Assembly: GCF_000497125.1 (NCBI RefSeq)
Contig: NC_090597.1
Span: 186,001 to 233,856 of the forward strand
DNA length: 47,856 nucleotides
Origin: Spironucleus salmonicida
Lineage: Eukaryota
Reading direction: 5' to 3'
A program made the translations under genes and the position numbers. Of the stretch, positions 41,572 to 47,856 are shown piece after piece. Positions within the stretch are counted from its first letter, which is position 1, and each line of letters starts with the position of its first letter. Under the pieces are notes generated by a model. It was not told the origin of the DNA. It was given only the letters and a program-made list of their open reading frames with translations, and searched no databases.

Positions 41572-43136
41572 TCAATTATTAGTTTATACAGCATATTGAG
41601 CGCTAAAAATCAAATATACTATTTTTCCAAAACCTAAAACGTCAGTCACACTACTGCAAGCTTCATCAGTATTGAGTACATGATAATAATATCTATATTT
41701 CACCATCCATGGTGTAAGTTGGCTAGATGAAGCAGAAACTTCTACTTTGATTTTACCATCCTAGTACTTTAATCATTTTGTATTACGAAAAATAAACTTT
41801 GATAACGATGCACTACCATTTCTACTACCTGCATAAGCAAGGTCATTAAATACTGCACCACATTTGCATTAGACTATATGTTTTTTTTGAACCACAAGCA
41901 GTTGGCGTTACACGTATTCTGCATTCTCAGTAGAAGTGCACGTGATATATTTGTATTTACTTGTAACGAATGAGTTTGTCTGCTATCCATACATACATTT
42001 ATCATATATATTTAAAACAACCAAATAATTTTTACACCAATTCAGCAACTTAATGTATATTATATCTAATTTTATGTACCTATCTACACATTCAATGCAT
42101 ACCTGGCGGGCCTCCTGTCGCTATCCATGCAAGCAAGTAACACCCCCTCTTTAGTACAGATGCTGATACCTGAAATAATTTTTAACTGATTGCATACGCA
42201 GCATTCTGTTATATTTCCATCCTAGGAACCATACAAATCATTACCTATAAATCAGTTATTCATGCTATCCTAAAACTACGTTATACCCGCATCAGACCGA
42301 GAAGAACCATGCGAATACGCATTACAAATGGTCTCCCAAAATTCTATCAAGTAAGAGTATTAGTCCAATTAATCATGGATGCAAAGCAGGTGGCACAGTG
42401 CACTTATCTGGAATTACTGGTTGTACCTAAAATCTAATATCGTTCAGACTAGTTAATTTAGCTAAATATCTTCTCAAACGCTCCATATTCAATATAAAAT
42501 CCAAATTTGCACGCCACATACTAGGGAATTGCATTTGTGCAAAAATAGCAGTTCAACGACTCCACGCCATTCATACCTTCTTGTAGCCCGTAAAGCGGTA
42601 GAAGAAGGTGGTTTCAGTTACCAGATTATCCCATATCTGTAAGTTATTGCACAGGATAATACTTATTTGGTTAAAACAAATAGTCAAAGTGCGATACTGG
42701 CTGGTGGATACCTCACCCCTGATGCACCTCAATTAACACGATTAAGTGAGTTTCAAGCTGCAAATTAATCGTTGTGCTAGCGAAGCAAGCTGAATCTTAG
42801 ATGAAATGATTTTATGTGAAAACCTGGCGCATCTACGTGTAGGTATCACACTATCATGGATACCCTTAGGGCATGCTTTACAATATCCCTATAAATAGGA
42901 ACCAAATGTACTAGCAGTACAGATACAATTTTTTTGTTAAGATATGGGAGTTTGCTTCGTATTTGCGCGAGCTCTGCAACTACTTAGAAAATAGGATGTC
43001 TCGAACGACATTCAGGAATTTGCAGTCGAGTTCGGAGATGGAATTCAGTGTTGGGTATTTGGGGTACTGCATCGATTTAGAAGAAGAACGTTTGTAGGGT
43101 GTTACTGTTGGATGGCGATGAGCACATTCCTTGCAT
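41572..43136 (-). pseudogene. Decayed cysteine-rich membrane protein
   Basis: Scattered Cys modules in shifting frames with TGA stops. The remnant DVLGFGKIVYLIF (41605-41643) resembles NFLGVGDIVCLLIAL of gene 27806-31069. Confidence 0.5.
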
Positions 43137-43949
43137 TTTAGGTTAAATACATTTTAACAATTTACTGAATTGAATAACACGATATTTGTTGATTATTTAA
43201 TGAATAAAATCCAAAAAATCTGGATAGATTTAAACGTTAATAATTGATATAATATTAATATTTTAAATAGAAGAAATTAAATTAGAAATAAGGTCATCTA
43301 ATATGTTTATAAAACGTTTTGCTGTGTAAACTAAGGTTAAAATTTATACTAATTTATTGGTATTATACTTAATTTATATTGAAATTCAACTTATTTAATC
43401 AAATATTCCGGATAAGTTTTACTATAATAATGGACATATACAGTATTGAATTCAAACAAATATAATAATTAAAATAAAATATTATACTACTACGTATATT
43501 TTTAGTTTGAAATAAATCTAAAACTGATACCTAATAATAATTCATTCATTTACAAAAATAAACATAAATTAGTATATAAATTTTCGTTATAATATTAAAA
43601 TGTTCATGCCTGGATATAACAGACTCATACAAATTTATTTAATTTTTAACCGCTATTAACATGTATACCGCGTTTAATCCATGTTAAAAAGAATTTAAAT
43701 TATTAATTTAGCTATATTAATGTTTATGGTTTATTTAAATTAAGTTTATTAAAAAATTATATTTATTTGCTAGTTTTAGACGATTTTGTCTCCAATATAC
43801 TAATTTTGATGCTTATCACAGTTTATTTTTAATATATACTTGGGTTCAAACGATTATTTCTGATTTTGATACTCCAAAATCAAAGAAGTGTGGTTTGATT
43901 CTTAATATATTATGGCGAACATCATAGTTTCCAATTAAACCGAAATAAG

Positions 43950-44738
43950 TTGACATGAAAAATGAAAAATATATATAGATAAGAATTTTGTATTGGGTTT
44001 CCGATATACGCCAAGAGATATCTTAAAACACAAAATGTATGCATTAGGTGTTAATTTCTCAATTACACCAACTGAACTGATGATACAGTCAGTACAAATA
44101 GTATGTTAATAACCGTAACGTTTAATAAGGAAATGTGGTCCATGCGTAAAAATATGACTTAACTTGCTTGTACGGGCCAACAATAAAATACAGCACCTGT
44201 GATAGGAAGTATGGTAATAGGTGCCAAACCCGCAAACCAGAATAAAATTGCTGTGCAGATAGTTCATGTGATGAATTAGAAGATGGGTATTTGATGGTTT
44301 GGATAGTCTGAACCTAATGTAACGAAACTTGTATCGATAGTACATTGGCGACGTTATCTATACAAAATATAATAAAATCACCCCGAAGCAGAACTATTAT
44401 GCAAAGGATTCGAGATAAATCTGAAATGGCAGATCTAGTATTAATTCACCTTCCTCTACGCGCAGGGATCCTGGACAGATGATTAAATGTGATTACGGTA
44501 CCTCTAGGGTCTGTATAACTGAATATTTTGAGGGCGAAACGGCTGGTACTGCATACCATGATGTAAGCTAGCTGAATAAAATTGTCCTAAGCGTGTGGAT
44601 GGTGCCACAGAGGTAGGAATGTTCTGCCTAACATTAAATTTATCACACCCAAACAATCTCACGGATGATGCCGTAGCAGATATAGTGATAGCAGTAATCG
44701 TTACTATTAAAGTTATATTTATGTTCCAGGAATTTTGA
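43950..44738 (+). pseudogene. Decayed cysteine-rich membrane protein
   Basis: 44162-44290 TCLYGPTIKYSTCDRKYGNRCQTRKPEQNCCADSSCDELEDGY aligns without gaps to LCTCGTMINCAQCDPITGKKCYDCLIGYKKSSLGNCDDCANGY of gene 14410-16596. TM remnant LTDDAVADIVIAVIVTIKVIF. The 5' boundary is approximate. Confidence 0.65.
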
Positions 44739-45052
44739 GTGAGCTTTGATAGTATCGCTAAACTCTGTAATACTCATACTAAAATTTTAGATTAAAATAA
44801 AATAATAAATAAATATTCAAAGATTTTAAATATATGACTGAATATGAATAATATTACAAATATTTTTTAAAGAACTGCATTGAAATTAATTTATTATATA
44901 TTATTATATTAAATGATTTTGTTTGTTAATATATTTATATGTTGATATATTATGTTGTATTTAAAAATTGTATACATAATCAGTTAATTACCACGTTACT
45001 TATTAAAGTTGTTTGCATATATCAACGTATATAATAAGGTTAACATCAAATA

Positions 45053-45077
45053 ATATATATATATATATATATATATA
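45053..45077. repeat. (AT)12 microsatellite
   Basis: Perfect AT dinucleotide run. Confidence 0.9.
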
Positions 45078-45697
45078 GCAAATTCAGAATGATTGAATTC
45101 AAACAAATATATAGTGTATAATTAAAACGTTTTCATGAAATTATTAAAAGATTAAGGTGACTATAATCCTCACAAAGCAAGAGTTTTATAATGATTTTCT
45201 ATACGTCTATAAAATTAATTTAAAGTATTTCTTTACGGATTTTCGTGTCTAAATCAAAAGCTTTATCACGTTAATACGCACAATTTTTAAGCATAACATT
45301 TAGTATTATTATTAAACATAACCACAAAGCATTTGAAATCTAAGTAGTAATATTGTGATTTTATTATAAAATTAGTCAGCTTCTACGCTTAAACTAATCA
45401 CCCATATCCTTTTCATGCATTTAGTTGAATGATTCAAATAACACATTTGGTGCATAAATAACTAGGCGTGGTACAGTAGCCTGCTCCCAAAAACAACAGC
45501 ATTTTTCTGAGTTACTTTGATATAGCCTAAGGTACTTATCCCGGTCACTCTTATGGTTATTGCGTCCTAATACCACTGTTATGGAAGTAAATGTTAATAT
45601 TTATTAATCTATATTAATATAATATCGCTAATGTAATATTTTATTTTTTAATGCCAAAGTTGAAAATCACCTTTAACTATTGAGAACAATAAAATTA

Positions 45698-46749
45698 TCA
45701 AGTATTTTTAAAGTTTAGGATATTTATCTTATTTATACCTAAATTAAGAAATAGTGAGGCTCCAATAGTATCATTCGCCTCAAATGTCGGTATTATATCG
45801 TTCACGCGCATGCTCTCGTTGAGCTCCTGCGCTTCCTGCTCCAGGGCCATGAACCTTTTCTCGTTTTTCTTCCTCAAATACTTGACCACGAACACTCCGA
45901 TCGTGATGACGAGCGTAAGCGCGATGACGACGCCGATAACGACGAAAATGGCTACCGAGCCCTGAAGGTTGCTCACGCAAGACTCACCGTCGAACGCGAA
46001 CCCGTTCTCGCAGCGCTTGCAGCGGCTCCTGATGGTGAGCCCGCCCAGGCACTGCTGCAGTCCTGCTGGATGTCGAATCCGGGGTGGCAGGAATCGCAGA
46101 AACCGGTCTGGGCGTTTTGCCTGTAGCCGTAGTTGCAGGTGCGGCAGGCGGACTTCTCGGAAAAGCTGGCCTTGCAGTTGAGGCAGTTCGCCTTGATGTC
46201 AAAGTGGTTCAGACAGTCTGAGCAGCCCTTCGCGGGATCGTAGTTCGTGGGGCACCTGCAGACGAACTTTTTCAGGACACGGTCAAACAGGCAGTTGGAA
46301 TCGGGACAGCCCGCTGCGCAGGTGTTAGGAGCGCAAATGAAGCTCTTGTCAGGATACGTGTGGAGGATAAAGGTTGCCTTGCAGCCTAAACAAAAATTCT
46401 CCATATTGTCACTTTTGCACGCGCATTTTGGGACGAGGAAGCCGGCAACCGCTGCAACGGGGTCGTTAATACAGGCACCAAGCCCACCGCATTCTGTTGT
46501 CGCTATAGCAACGTCACAGATTTTCGTTGCCTTTGGGTTCTCCGCAGTCGTCTCGCAGTCCCTGCAGATTTTGGGAATGCAACGAATCGGATTGGGTTTT
46601 CCGTCTGCTCCTAAAGAAGCAAGGCTCTTACCACAGTCTTTGCATTTTGACATGGGTTCAAGCCAGCCTTTGCATTAGCAACTCGTGGAAAAAAATGAGT
46701 TTGCACATCTACCTTAAGAGTTGCATACAGTACCTGAGTCGACACAACT
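45698..46749 (-). CDS. EGF/laminin-EGF-like cysteine-rich membrane protein, 5'-truncated, one frameshift near 46058
   Basis: SCVDSGTVCNSQGRC..CQCKGW, ECGGLGAC..CACK and CRCPTNYDPAKGCSDC. TM VAIFVVIGVVIALTLVITIGVFVV followed by KYLRKK. Confidence 0.8.
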
Positions 46750-47607
46750 CCATCCTGCGCCTGCTCCAGTCCTGCACCGGCAAGGACGTCTCCGCGAACC
46801 CGCGGCCGATGAAGGACCCGCCGAGCACGTTCCTCCGGGACATCCTGGAGCATGGCCCGGTGCAGGAAATCAGCCAGCACCAGATCGGCCAGCTGCGGCA
46901 GGACAACGACAATTTTGCCAGGTCGATCCGCCTGGTGACCGAGGCGGCTGCCTCGCTGGACGAGTTCCTGGCCAGCCACGACTGCCAGGAGGTCGCCCTA
47001 GCGAGCTCGCAGAAAACGCAGAAAATCGTCAAGACGCACTTTAAGCAGTTCGCGAACAGCCTGTTCCCGGACTTCGCGGTAGCGTACACACACCAGCAAA
47101 TCTCACTCTCGTACAACACCAGCAGCGGGCTCAGCATCTTCAGATCACCATCGGCGCGAGGCCAAAGGCCCTCCGGTCTACCGTTTTCGGCGTCCAGATC
47201 GCCTTCAACTGCATTTTTGAGAACATCAGCGCCCAGCTTCTGGAAATCGTGCCGGAGACCTATCGGTTCGGATCCCCGCGCTTCCAGGCCAAGCGCGATA
47301 TGCAGATATTCGCCCCGCTTCTGAGCTCCAGGCGGCAGGTGTTCTCAGCTCCCTACGACTTAGGGACTTCCTCTTCTCAGACTTCCTGGAGTTTCAGCGC
47401 GAGGTGCTGGCGAAAGTTTCAAACTTTCGCAGCCTGGCCGAGAAGCTGCAGCTGAATCCCGGTGTGATCTGCTATATAGGGTGCGGAAAGCTGATTCTGC
47501 GGTCGCATGCGAGATGCCGCGAGGTCTAGGACCTGGTGAGCTTCGAGGGGCGCTGCTGCGAGACCGGGGACCTTGTCTGCGGGGTAGACGGGGTGCTCGG
47601 GAACTGA
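46740..47607 (+). CDS. Hypothetical protein, apparently 5'-truncated, frameshifts near 47140 and 47350
   Basis: Very strong G/C third-position bias on the + strand (CTG CTC CAG TCC TGC ACC GGC AAG GAC GTC...), continuing through FLEFQREVLAKVSNFRSLAEKLQLN to TGA 47605-47607. Confidence 0.6.
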
Positions 47608-47856
47608 GCTGGCGGAGGGCGATAGTTGGGTTCGTAAGTGAGTTGACTGCTACAAAATTATTAGGTCCATAGGGAAATGTGCTAACCGGCCACGCTGCGG
47701 CTCAGACCTGTGCTAGAATATCTGCGGAATGGAAAATGTTGCGGGGAGTGGTGACGGGCGGCCCGAGTGCCTGGGGCCTAGCACGATGGATGCTAAGTGC
47801 CCTTAACGCAAATGCACTCCATTATATTTCAATTGCTATCACGTATTGTATTCAGA

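Overview
This is eukaryotic nuclear DNA, almost certainly from a hexamitid diplomonad (Spironucleus-like), read with genetic code 6 (TAA/TAG = Gln, TGA the only stop). The supplied standard-code ORF track therefore chops genes into fragments. Re-read by hand in code 6, the window holds genes with no visible introns. These are a divergent cullin-like protein, hybrid cluster protein (hcp), a GH35 beta-galactosidase homologue lacking both catalytic glutamates, pyruvate:ferredoxin oxidoreductase, tRNA-Lys(CUU), two BPI/LBP-like paralogues, an acyltransferase-3-like membrane protein and an LRR-like protein. There are also five full-length VSP-like cysteine-rich membrane proteins (CRMPs), two decayed CRMP pseudogenes, and a 5'-truncated CRMP fused head-to-head to another gene at about 46.74 kb. 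Scattered single-base deletions suggest long-read consensus errors. The most unusual signals are recurring C-rich to G-rich skew-switch islands with CpG/A-tract cores that cut across genes, surface-type proteins with no signal peptide, and probable pseudoenzymes. All translations and counts were done by eye and no database searches were run.
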